This document shows positions 8,729 to 17,522 of a DNA stretch of 38,355 nucleotides, in pieces; position 1 is the first letter of the stretch; each line of letters begins with the position of its first letter. The stretch comes from Myxococcota bacterium (GTDB taxonomy: Bacteria > Myxococcota > UBA727 > JABDBI01): contig JBPOIV010000173.1 in the NCBI GenBank assembly GCA_052034245.1, positions 1 through 38,355 on the forward strand, written 5' to 3'. A program made the position numbers and the translations under genes. The notes beneath the pieces are model-generated. The model worked only from the letters and a program-made list of their open reading frames with translations. It was not told where the DNA came from and did no database searches.

Positions 8729-9751
8729 CTACAACCTTGAACGATTGGGGGGTGAACCGTATTGCTTGAGGTCAATGGTGAATATTTTACCGTCGCCATT
8801 TCCAAGATACAGAAGGTTCTCGTTTTCCTGTGAAAACGCTACTACAGAAGCATGGCTTGAAAAATCTTCGCAATTAATACGTTGTAAACGCGCGGAATCA
8901 CCGAGCGCACTATAGATATTTATTTCATTAAATTTTGATAATGCTATTCTAGTTCCATCACCAGAAACGGTCATTCCACTATCTTGAACTTCGGCCGAAA
9001 TTCCCTTTCCGATTAGTTCTCCGTTGGCTGCATTATAGGTCAAAAATCCCGTAGCTTGGTCTTCGATATAGATAGTTTCGCCATCTGCTCTAGTCCTAAC
9101 TTTTTTGGAGGGAAGCTTATAAAACCTAAGCAAAAGATTGCTCAGTAGCGTTCGATATCCGTCGTCAAAGCGCCAAATCATTGGTGTTTCTTCAGAAATA
9201 GTTACAATGGAGTTATTATTCAAGGATGCAATCCCATGAATCTTTGAAGAAATACGACGAGAAAATAAATATTCCTTCGAAGACAAATCTAACACATAGA
9301 TATTCCTAAAAGAGGTAGCAAAAATAATAGATTTACCGTCGTGAGTAAATGAAATCGCCGTCACCTTGTCCTTCCAAGAGGTGGTGATACGTTCACAATG
9401 ATATGCGGGCTTTAGGGTGCAAATATGTATGTTTTCTTTGTAACTTAGCGCAAGTTTATCGCCATCCCTACTAAAGGCATATTCAAAACGTTCATCTTCC
9501 TGCATATAGAAAGAATTGCCAGGGAACTCTTGGAGTTGAATGGGTTTAGCTTCCCGTATATCAAACAATCTTAAGCTATGATCACTAAGCAGAGCAATGA
9601 GAAATTCGTCCTTTGGCGACAGCTCAAGTTTTAAGATGCCACGGTTTTCTTTGCTTTCAAGCGGCGGAAAAGAGATTAAATCAGCATAACTGACGCTCCC
9701 CACACTCAAAAAAGTTATCAGCCACAATAGGGGGCGGAAGAAGAGGCTCAT
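8729..9751 (-). CDS. Secreted WD40-like / beta-propeller repeat protein
   Basis: ORF 8729..9781 (GTG). The ATG at 9751 gives the signal peptide MSLFFRPLLWLITFLSVGSVSYA. Recurrent propeller-blade-like units: LSPKDEFLIALLSDHSLRLFD, FSRDGDKLALSYKENIHICT, FTHDGKSIIFATSFRNIYVLD, VSGDGTRIALSKFNEINIYS, LLYLGNGDGKIFTID. Confidence 0.65.
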   Translation of the reverse strand: MSLFFRPLLWLITFLSVGSVSYADLISFPPLESKENRGILKLELSPKDEFLIALLSDHSLRLFDIREAKPIQLQEFPGNSFYMQEDERFEYAFSRDGDKLALSYKENIHICTLKPAYHCERITTSWKDKVTAISFTHDGKSIIFATSFRNIYVLDLSSKEYLFSRRISSKIHGIASLNNNSIVTISEETPMIWRFDDGYRTLLSNLLLRFYKLPSKKVRTRADGETIYIEDQATGFLTYNAANGELIGKGISAEVQDSGMTVSGDGTRIALSKFNEINIYSALGDSARLQRINCEDFSSHASVVAFSQENENLLYLGNGDGKIFTIDLKQYGSPPNRSRL

Positions 9752-9979
9752 GATAAAACCTTGGTTAAAGATTACTGACACGGTTTTTCGGTCCTAACAG
9801 TGACATTGTGCGTCGGGACTGCAAAAACTTGTTCTTAGGCAGATCGCAAACAAGTGTATGGCGCCAACAAAAAAATTTACCGGTGAATTTTTTATGGGGT
9901 AATAGGAATATTTGCAGTAACGAAAAAAATACTAGTTAGTTTTTTTTCCATTATTATTTAGTCAGCCCGCGTTATCAGA

Positions 9980-10390
9980 GGCTCAACATGGACGGGCCAT
10001 ATGAGCACTCGTATGATAGGAGAAATATGTGGAAACGCTCCTTCGATGGGTATGAGTTTAGTTCAAAAATAAGTCGAAGATTCTCTACTAAAAAAACCTT
10101 GGGGCACGCGTGGGTTTTTTATTTTACACTAAGACTATGGACTGAAAGAAAAGCTGTAAAAAAAGGGACGCTCATGAAGAAAATTTTGTCATTCTGTAGT
10201 GTCTTTGGCATGTATCTTTATGCAGACATCACCAACGCGTATCCTCGGCCTTGCGACGATTTAAGCATCGACATGAAAGCTGAAATGCAGACCGGCATAT
10301 TTCGTCATGCCAAAAAAATTTCCCTGACCCTTCGTGGATGTAAAAATAATCGTCACACAAAAATGGAGCTTAAGTTTAGTGACTTAGGAG
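9980..10390 (+). repeat. Direct repeat, copy B (about 410 bp): orphan 3' fragment of member A, a decayed terminator, and the 5' half of intact member B
   Basis: See copy A. Here the terminator stem is disrupted (CCTTGGGGCACGCGTGGG). The member-A fragment has no start or 5' part of its own. It only produces the artefactual N-terminal extension of track ORF 9988..10605. Confidence 0.85.
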
Positions 10391-10605
10391 GAATAGCGCG
10401 AAAGCTCAGCTTTGACATCGCTCCCACAGACGATTGCCATGTTATCGTCGGACATCATAGCGGTGAGGGCTGGACTTTTAATTTTCATCTGGACAATCAA
10501 AATAGCTCTTGCAGCCTAGAGGATGCCCATTGGTTGGGCGAATTGAATGCTTGTGAAAACGGTAGGTGCGGCACCATAGAACATCGCATGAGCTTGCGGC
10601 AATAA
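10174..10605 (+). CDS. Small secreted His/Cys-rich protein (family member B)
   Basis: The internal ATG at 10174 of ORF 9988..10605 gives the signal peptide MKKILSFCSVFGMYLYA/D. Paralogous to 7709..8164. A terminator follows. Confidence 0.75.
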   Translation: MKKILSFCSVFGMYLYADITNAYPRPCDDLSIDMKAEMQTGIFRHAKKISLTLRGCKNNRHTKMELKFSDLGGIARKLSFDIAPTDDCHVIVGHHSGEGWTFNFHLDNQNSSCSLEDAHWLGELNACENGRCGTIEHRMSLRQ

Positions 10606-10606
10606 T

Positions 10607-10634
10607 AAAAAAACCTCGGTGTCCCGAGGTTTTT
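10607..10634. terminator. Bidirectional rho-independent terminator between convergent genes
   Basis: A-run, then stem CCTCGG (10614-10619) / CCGAGG (10624-10629) with a 4-nt loop, then T-run. It has the same stem sequence as the terminator at 8189-8206. It lies between the member-B stop and the rplI stop. Confidence 0.75.
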
Positions 10635-10660
10635 CTCTAGTGTCCTAATGGACTACTAAT

Positions 10661-11203
10661 TTATTCGCCATCTTTAGCAGAAGCTTCTAAAGCCTCTGGG
10701 GCATCTTGTTCATCTTCATCGCTGATCGCTTCTGCTTTTGGCTCTTCAACAACAGCCAAAATCACTTTGATCTTCGCCATCACGCCGCCTTCCAAACGAA
10801 CAGGCACTTCATGAAGACCAACGCTCTTGAGCGGTCCTTCTTCAAGCTTGATGTCGCGATGATTTACGGTAAAACCATGTTCTTTCAATGTAGCTTCGAT
10901 GTCGCGTGCGCCGACTGAACCGAAGATCTTACCTTGTTCGCCAGCTTTTACTTCGATGGTGAACTTAGGTACTTCGATACGATCACGTACATTTTCAGAA
11001 GTCGCTTTAAGTTTTGCTAACTGGTGCATTACCATTTTCTTTTGGTGCTCAAATTGCACCAAACGGGATTTGGTAACGGGCATTGCTAAACGCTGAGGCA
11101 ATAAAAAATTCCTCAAATAACCAGGCGCTACTTTTACCACGTCGCCGATATGACCCAAGTTGGCCACATCTCTTGCCAATATTGCTTGAACTCTACTCGC
11201 CAT
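10661..11203 (-). CDS. rplI: 50S ribosomal protein L9, with an acidic C-terminal extension
   Basis: MASRVQAILARDVANLGHIGDVVKVAPGYLRNFLLPQRLA matches the L9 N-terminal domain pattern. The ATG at 11203 is preceded by GGAGG. The tail is EEPKAEAISDEDEQDAPEALEASAKDGE. Confidence 0.9.
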   Translation of the reverse strand: MASRVQAILARDVANLGHIGDVVKVAPGYLRNFLLPQRLAMPVTKSRLVQFEHQKKMVMHQLAKLKATSENVRDRIEVPKFTIEVKAGEQGKIFGSVGARDIEATLKEHGFTVNHRDIKLEEGPLKSVGLHEVPVRLEGGVMAKIKVILAVVEEPKAEAISDEDEQDAPEALEASAKDGE

Positions 11204-11266
11204 TATTGCCTCCACAACGATCAATTTTCGATATATCTAACTATTGAACGTTCAAAAAAATTGAGA

Positions 11267-11752
11267 TTAATTATCGTCGTCATCGTCCGACATATCGTCA
11301 TAGCCATCGGAATCATAATCGCGGCGACGGCCATCATAATCGCCATCTCGGTCAAAGCGGCCACGACGATCGGAATACTCACGTCGCTCTTTGAAAACCG
11401 GCGCAATCAATACATCTTCTTCTATTACTGCAAGTGTTGGATCAACATCGTGCTTCAAAACGACGCTTTGACGGATCAAAACATTATCGTCGATGCTCAA
11501 GGCACGATCGAAATCTTTAACAATACCTGGCTTACCTAAGAAATGATGATGCACGTAAATGCCACGAGTTTGTTTTTGGCATTCCCAAGCTAATTTTCTA
11601 CGGCCCATGGCAGTAACTTTGAGGTTCTTTCCACCTAACTTTTCGATTAGCTCTTTCTTACCCAACATCAAATCTTTTGCTGCGTTGTCATCGAGCTCAG
11701 GGCGCATAACATAAATTGTTTCATATTCGCGCAAATGCTCACGTGCTGCCAT
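11267..11752 (-). CDS. rpsF: 30S ribosomal protein S6, with a long Arg/Asp-rich and poly-Asp tail
   Basis: YETIYVMRPELDD...KVTAMGRRKLAWECQKQTRGIYVHHHF is the S6 core pattern. The last roughly 45 residues are RREYSDRRGRFDRDGDYDGRRRDYDSDGYDDMSDDDDDN. Confidence 0.9.
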   Translation of the reverse strand: MAAREHLREYETIYVMRPELDDNAAKDLMLGKKELIEKLGGKNLKVTAMGRRKLAWECQKQTRGIYVHHHFLGKPGIVKDFDRALSIDDNVLIRQSVVLKHDVDPTLAVIEEDVLIAPVFKERREYSDRRGRFDRDGDYDGRRRDYDSDGYDDMSDDDDDN

Positions 11753-11923
11753 TTTACTACTCCTCAGTAAACCAAGTTCATCTAAAGCCCTGATTTTAAA
11801 TTGTTAATTCCGTATGAGGGCCTAAGCGCCCCACCTATAGCAGATGTGCGGCCGATAGCAACGCATCTTTGAGCTAAAATTGACCATAAAAAGCTCAGGA
11901 GAGTATAAAAAATCTATTAACGA

Positions 11924-12406
11924 TTAATTATCTTGTATAAAAGAACGGTACTTCGCGATATTTTCTATAACAATAACCACATCATCAAAACGTTCTGCTA
12001 ATTCATAAAATATGGCCGCCGTATGCGCTGCATGAACTCTGGCCAAAGACGAGGCGTGCAAATATGCCTGTGCGCCCATCTCGCGATAATAACTTTGGGA
12101 AACAATACGCTGAACAGTTGATTCCTGAAAAAAACCTAACAAATACAAGGAACTATCTCCGAGATGACGAAAGATCCGCTGAGCCTCACTATCTTCAGCC
12201 GCAAGAGCTCGTTCTAATAATTGAGTCATGTTAATTCGTTGGCCTTGATCTAGCCCCGCAAAAGCCACTTCCGAACGAGAAAATTCATTTAATAAATGAA
12301 CCACGTAAACTTGAGCAGATTCAGTGACTTGGATATTTGATTTGCGGATTGCCACATCCAAGGCTTCCCTGAAATAAGCTTTCATGCTGTTGGCCGTGAC
12401 AAGCAT
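11924..12406 (-). CDS. Hypothetical cytoplasmic protein, helical, family not recognised
   Basis: ORF 11924..12442 (TTG). The ATG at 12406 follows GGGGG. Codon usage looks coding, and there is no signal peptide and no motif I can name. The start is uncertain. Confidence 0.5.
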   Translation of the reverse strand: MLVTANSMKAYFREALDVAIRKSNIQVTESAQVYVVHLLNEFSRSEVAFAGLDQGQRINMTQLLERALAAEDSEAQRIFRHLGDSSLYLLGFFQESTVQRIVSQSYYREMGAQAYLHASSLARVHAAHTAAIFYELAERFDDVVIVIENIAKYRSFIQDN

Positions 12407-12556
12407 TGTTTGAGGACCCCCACGATATTTTTCGTCTTTCAAAAGTACTTACGAAATCGCCTTGTGCTCATTGATCCTAATAATCCTGATAAAGTTCCGC
12501 AAAAGTTTTATTCCTAAAAAGCAGTTTTCATTTCTAAATTAGCCCTTGACCATCAC

Positions 12557-12597
12557 CCTTAGGGGACTACCCTAAGGCCCGGTGGATTGGATCCACC
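12557..12597 (+). promoter_or_regulatory. Two adjacent perfect hairpins in the groESL upstream region (not CIRCE)
   Basis: Hairpin 1 is CCTTAGGG (12557-12564) / CCCTAAGG (12570-12577) with a 5-nt loop. Hairpin 2 is GGTGGAT (12581-12587) / ATCCACC (12591-12597) with a 3-nt loop. Just upstream is CCCTTGAC (12543-12550), which resembles the sigma-32 -35 element CCCTTGAA. The function is unproven. Confidence 0.35.
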
Positions 12598-12685
12598 AAA
12601 AGGGTCGATTTTGCGCGAGCGAAACGACCAATCATTGTGGCAGACCTTAGGCTTTGCCAAAAGTTTTATTTAAGAAGGAGCTATT

Positions 12686-12979
12686 ATGGCAATTAAACTT
12701 AAACCTCTTAATGATCGCGTTTTGGTCAAAAGAATTGACAGTGAAGAAAAAACCAAAGGCGGTATCATTATTCCCGATAGCGCTAAAGAAAAACCACTCG
12801 AAGGCGAAGTAATCGCTTGTGGTCCTGGTCGCTGCATGGACAATGGTCAACTCCGCGCCATGAGCGTTAAAGTTGGCGATCGTGTTTTATTTGCAAAATA
12901 TGCTGAAACCGAAGTCAAACTTGAAGGCGCAAGCTTCCTCCTCCTGAGAGAAGACGACATTTTGGGTATCTTGGCCTAA
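12686..12979 (+). CDS. groES: Co-chaperonin GroES
   Basis: [48 protein letters not shown] is canonical GroES. RBS AAGGAG. It lies 27 nt upstream of groEL. Confidence 0.97.
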   Translation: MAIKLKPLNDRVLVKRIDSEEKTKGGIIIPDSAKEKPLEGEVIACGPGRCMDNGQLRAMSVKVGDRVLFAKYAETEVKLEGASFLLLREDDILGILA

Positions 12980-12985
12980 CACTAA

Positions 12986-14665
<1,680 letters not shown>

Positions 14666-14684
14666 TCCCTCACCCTTCTCTCGT

Positions 14685-14722
14685 AAAAAGAGGCGGCATC
14701 TATTTGCCGCCTCTTTTTTTTC
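14685..14722 (+). terminator. Rho-independent terminator after groEL
   Basis: Stem GAGGCGGCA (14690-14698) / TGCCGCCTC (14705-14713), followed by T8. Confidence 0.85.
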
Positions 14723-14774
14723 CTGTAGCCATTCATCGACAAAATAATAAACCTGAGTTAACCAAAAAGGCCTT

Positions 14775-15758
14775 ATGCGCGCAAAAATAATTGGTACCGG
14801 CTCTTACTTACCGCAAAAAATTATCAGCAACGATGAATTATCAAAAACCCTTGATACTTCCGATGAATGGATTTCCACCAGAACCGGGATCAGGCAACGA
14901 CATTGCGCCGACCTCGCTCTAAATGAAACATGTACCACCATGGGAGCAATGGCTGCAAAGAAAGCCCTAGAAATGGCTGGGATTAACGCACGCAATCTCG
15001 ATCTTATTATTCTTGCAAGTGTGACTGCGGATTATAAATTGCCTTCTGGGGCATGCTTGATTCAAGAAATTCTTGGTGCAGAACTGGTGCCCGCCTTCGA
15101 TATTAGCGCGGCTTGTAGCGGTTCTATCTATGGCCTCAACATTGCTGATGCTTTTATTCGCAGCAAAAAATATAAAAATATACTTTTAATCACGTCGGAG
15201 ATCTTATCGCGTGCGGTTGATTGGCAGGATCGAAATACCGCCGTGCTCTTTGGCGATGGGGCCTCGGCTGCTGTCATTAGTGCCAGTGATGATGATTCAG
15301 GCTTTATCGATGTTGATCTGTATGCCGATGGTACGCAGCAAAAAAATATTTGGATCAAAAGCGGAGGAACACTTCACCCTATCGATAATCAAGCATTGGA
15401 AGAAAGAAGCGATAAGATTTCGATGAATGGTCGAGAGACCTTTAAGTTTGCGGTGCGTGCGGTTTCCGAAGCTATAGAGAAAATTGTGCTCGACAATCAG
15501 ATAGATCCTTTGAAAATTAATTTTGTTCTTCCCCATCAAGCAAATTTACGTATTATCGAAGCTATTGCTAAGCGCGTCGATATTCCGATGGAGAGATTTT
15601 TGATCAATCTTGACCGCTGCGCCAATACATCAGCAGCATCTCTCTTATTAGCCTATGATGAAGCCAATAGACAACAAAGGCTTAAGAAAGACGACCTCAT
15701 GTTAATGCTGGCTATAGGAGCAGGCTTCGTGTGGGGAGCGGGATTATATCGGGTGTAA
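14775..15758 (+). CDS. fabH: 3-oxoacyl-ACP synthase III (FabH)
   Basis: IIGTGSYLPQKIISNDELS...SDEWISTRTGIRQRH, active-site Cys in DISAACSGSIYGL, and HQANLRII ... NTSAAS. 327 aa. Confidence 0.92.
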   Translation: MRAKIIGTGSYLPQKIISNDELSKTLDTSDEWISTRTGIRQRHCADLALNETCTTMGAMAAKKALEMAGINARNLDLIILASVTADYKLPSGACLIQEILGAELVPAFDISAACSGSIYGLNIADAFIRSKKYKNILLITSEILSRAVDWQDRNTAVLFGDGASAAVISASDDDSGFIDVDLYADGTQQKNIWIKSGGTLHPIDNQALEERSDKISMNGRETFKFAVRAVSEAIEKIVLDNQIDPLKINFVLPHQANLRIIEAIAKRVDIPMERFLINLDRCANTSAASLLLAYDEANRQQRLKKDDLMLMLAIGAGFVWGAGLYRV

Positions 15759-15857
15759 AACACCCACACTCTCCCCCTTATTTTTGCATTTTTTTTGCCA
15801 TGTCTTAGGCCACCTCTAGAATAGATCTAGAAATGACTTGTATTTTAGGGGGGCCCC

Positions 15858-16871
15858 TTGAAAAGATTTCACTATTATCCCTTGTTGCTTTTACTAGCAG
15901 CAGGATGCGGCGAAAAGAAAGCTGATATCGCTGACAACTCTAGCAATAATCCACCAGAAAATTCGGCACCTGCCAAAGAAGAAGAAAATCTTTCCGACGA
16001 TAGCGCCTTTGAATTTCGACCTGAAAACTTTGTAAGTGGCGTCAATAATCCCTATTTCAGTATTGTTCCTGGGCGTAAATATTTTTACGACGGCGCAGAC
16101 CCAGAAGGCATCAAAATCCATAAAGAGATTCTCACTTCTGATCAACAACGCGAAATCGCCGGCGTAAAAGCCCTCACTACGTGGACCCGTGAATGGCGCG
16201 ATGATAGCCTCGTGAGCGATGTCAAAAGTTGGTATGCCCAAGATAAAGAAGGCAATGTTTGGCTTTTGGGTGAAAAAGAGCAAAATATCTTCGGTGGCTA
16301 TATTAAAAGCAAAGGCAGCGAATGGATTGCTGGGGAAAATAACGCTAAAGCTGGCGTCATTGTTCCTGCCTCACCAAAAGCTGGCCTAGAGCTTCCTGCA
16401 GTATTTAATGGTGCTGAAGAAGAAAAGGCTCAAGTTTTAGGCGTCAGTGAAGCGATAAAAGTTCGTGACGGCGAGCTTTCTGATTGCCTCAAAATCAAAG
16501 AATTCTCTAACAGCGAACAAACGAGAGAATTCCATAACTACTATTGCAAAGGCAGCGCTAATCTTTCCCTTGAAGTAGTGCCTGACACTTTCGGTAAAAT
16601 CGAACTTACACGGATAGAAAATGGTCATCTCAGTGCTGGCTTAAACATTAACTATCCAGAATTCAAAGCTCAACTTGCTGAAGAAAAAGCCAAAGAAATA
16701 GCTCTCGAAAGCATTGAAAATGGAGATTCAGTGAGCGCTCTTAACATCGTTCTTCGCAATGATAAGCCTGTGTATGCAGTGGATATTATCGATAAAGAAA
16801 AAGATACGCATCGTGTTTTCGTCGATGTAAATACGGGTAATATTTTCTCTTCCGAAAAAGTAAGACCATAA
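15858..16871 (+). CDS. Lipoprotein with a C-terminal PepSY-like domain
   Basis: TTG start 5 nt after AGGGGGG. Lipobox LLLLAAGC. The C-terminal AKEIALESIENGDSVSALNIVLRNDKPVYAVDIIDKEKDTHRVFVDVNTGNIF resembles a PepSY module. Confidence 0.65.
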   Translation: MKRFHYYPLLLLLAAGCGEKKADIADNSSNNPPENSAPAKEEENLSDDSAFEFRPENFVSGVNNPYFSIVPGRKYFYDGADPEGIKIHKEILTSDQQREIAGVKALTTWTREWRDDSLVSDVKSWYAQDKEGNVWLLGEKEQNIFGGYIKSKGSEWIAGENNAKAGVIVPASPKAGLELPAVFNGAEEEKAQVLGVSEAIKVRDGELSDCLKIKEFSNSEQTREFHNYYCKGSANLSLEVVPDTFGKIELTRIENGHLSAGLNINYPEFKAQLAEEKAKEIALESIENGDSVSALNIVLRNDKPVYAVDIIDKEKDTHRVFVDVNTGNIFSSEKVRP

Positions 16872-16892
16872 GCTTAATGAATACATGCTTAA

Positions 16893-16915
16893 GCGGCCTT
16901 CGGGCCGTTTTTTTT
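16893..16915 (+). terminator. Rho-independent terminator
   Basis: Stem CGGCC (16894-16898) / GGCCG (16903-16907), loop TTCG, then T8. Confidence 0.7.
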
Positions 16916-16929
16916 GCCCTCGAAAAGTT

Positions 16930-17475
16930 TTAATTCTTAGCGCTACTTATCAAATAAATTTTCGTACCACTTTGAATGGGCGAGCCATTTCCTAAAAGGA
17001 TTTTCTCAATTTTTACATCGCCCGCTCCCTCATATTTCATAGGATAAAAACACTTCATCACTTCGATCAAACCTACTACCTGCTGAGGCCGCACCATGTC
17101 GCCAACTTTCACAAAGGTGGGACTGCCTGGTGCAGCACAAAGATAAAACATGCCATCCATCGGAGCATCAATTGACAAGGAATCATTTTTCTCAGGAATT
17201 AGTTTTTCTGCTTTTTTATCAAGCACCTCAACCTGAAACATCTCGTCGCCATAACCCACTGAAGGGACTATGCTTTCAAGGAGTACCCGTCCGCTGATTT
17301 CTTTTGGTAGATAAAGTTCAAATGATTGACCAAGACGAACGAGCTTTCCGATGCATCGTTCACGATCAATAAACTCACCATTTTTTACCGAGAGCTTTAA
17401 AAAACCAATGCTCGGACAAAGAACGCGAAGGCGAGAATTTTCTTCGTGTATCCGGCATACAAGCTGTTTAGACAT
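16930..17475 (-). CDS. Biotin carboxyl carrier protein (AccB-like C-terminal domain) with an atypical about 100-aa N-terminal domain
   Basis: APMDGMFYLCAAPGSPTFVKVGDMVRPQQVVGLIEVMKCFYPMKYEGAGDVKIEKILLGNGSPIQSGTKIYLI aligns position for position with E. coli BCCP (SPMVGTFY...[26 protein letters not shown]). The biotinyl-Lys lies in EVMKC rather than EAMKM. Confidence 0.8.
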   Translation of the reverse strand: MSKQLVCRIHEENSRLRVLCPSIGFLKLSVKNGEFIDRERCIGKLVRLGQSFELYLPKEISGRVLLESIVPSVGYGDEMFQVEVLDKKAEKLIPEKNDSLSIDAPMDGMFYLCAAPGSPTFVKVGDMVRPQQVVGLIEVMKCFYPMKYEGAGDVKIEKILLGNGSPIQSGTKIYLISSAKN

Positions 17476-17522
17476 CTCATCCTCGAATAAAACAAAATGA
17501 TTCGTTAAGGCCCTAAAACTCT

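Noticed and set aside
8690-8740. 16-codon ORF preceded by AGGAG
   Set aside because: It is too short, overlaps the 3' end of the convergent WD40-like gene, and has no supporting feature.
8481-9979. Searched the segment between the direct repeats for mobile-element hallmarks (transposase, integrase, terminal inverted repeats, short target-site duplication)
   Set aside because: None were found. The only long ORF is the WD40-like gene, and the segment ends are not inverted repeats of each other. It is therefore not called a mobile element.
9988-10173. N-terminal 62 codons of track ORF 9988..10605
   Set aside because: This part is the duplicated 3' fragment of gene 7709..8164 plus its decayed terminator, which happens to stay open in frame. 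The real gene starts at the ATG at 10174, which gives a signal peptide.
11150-11539. 129-aa (+) and 61-aa (-) ORFs overlapping the rpsF 3' end
   Set aside because: They arise from the GAT/CGN-rich repeat that encodes the S6 Asp/Arg tail. They translate as Ile/Val/Ala runs and have no start context.
11879-11908. Sigma-70-like promoter on the + strand (TTGACC, 18 nt, TATAAA)
   Set aside because: It points into the 3' end of the minus-strand gene 11924..12406 with no + strand gene to serve. Such matches are expected by chance in AT-rich intergenic DNA. An antisense promoter cannot be excluded.
12443-12685. Looked for a CIRCE (HrcA) operator upstream of groES
   Set aside because: No TTAGCACTC-N9-GAGTGCTAA-like sequence is present. 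The different inverted repeats found there are reported separately as a low-confidence regulatory feature.
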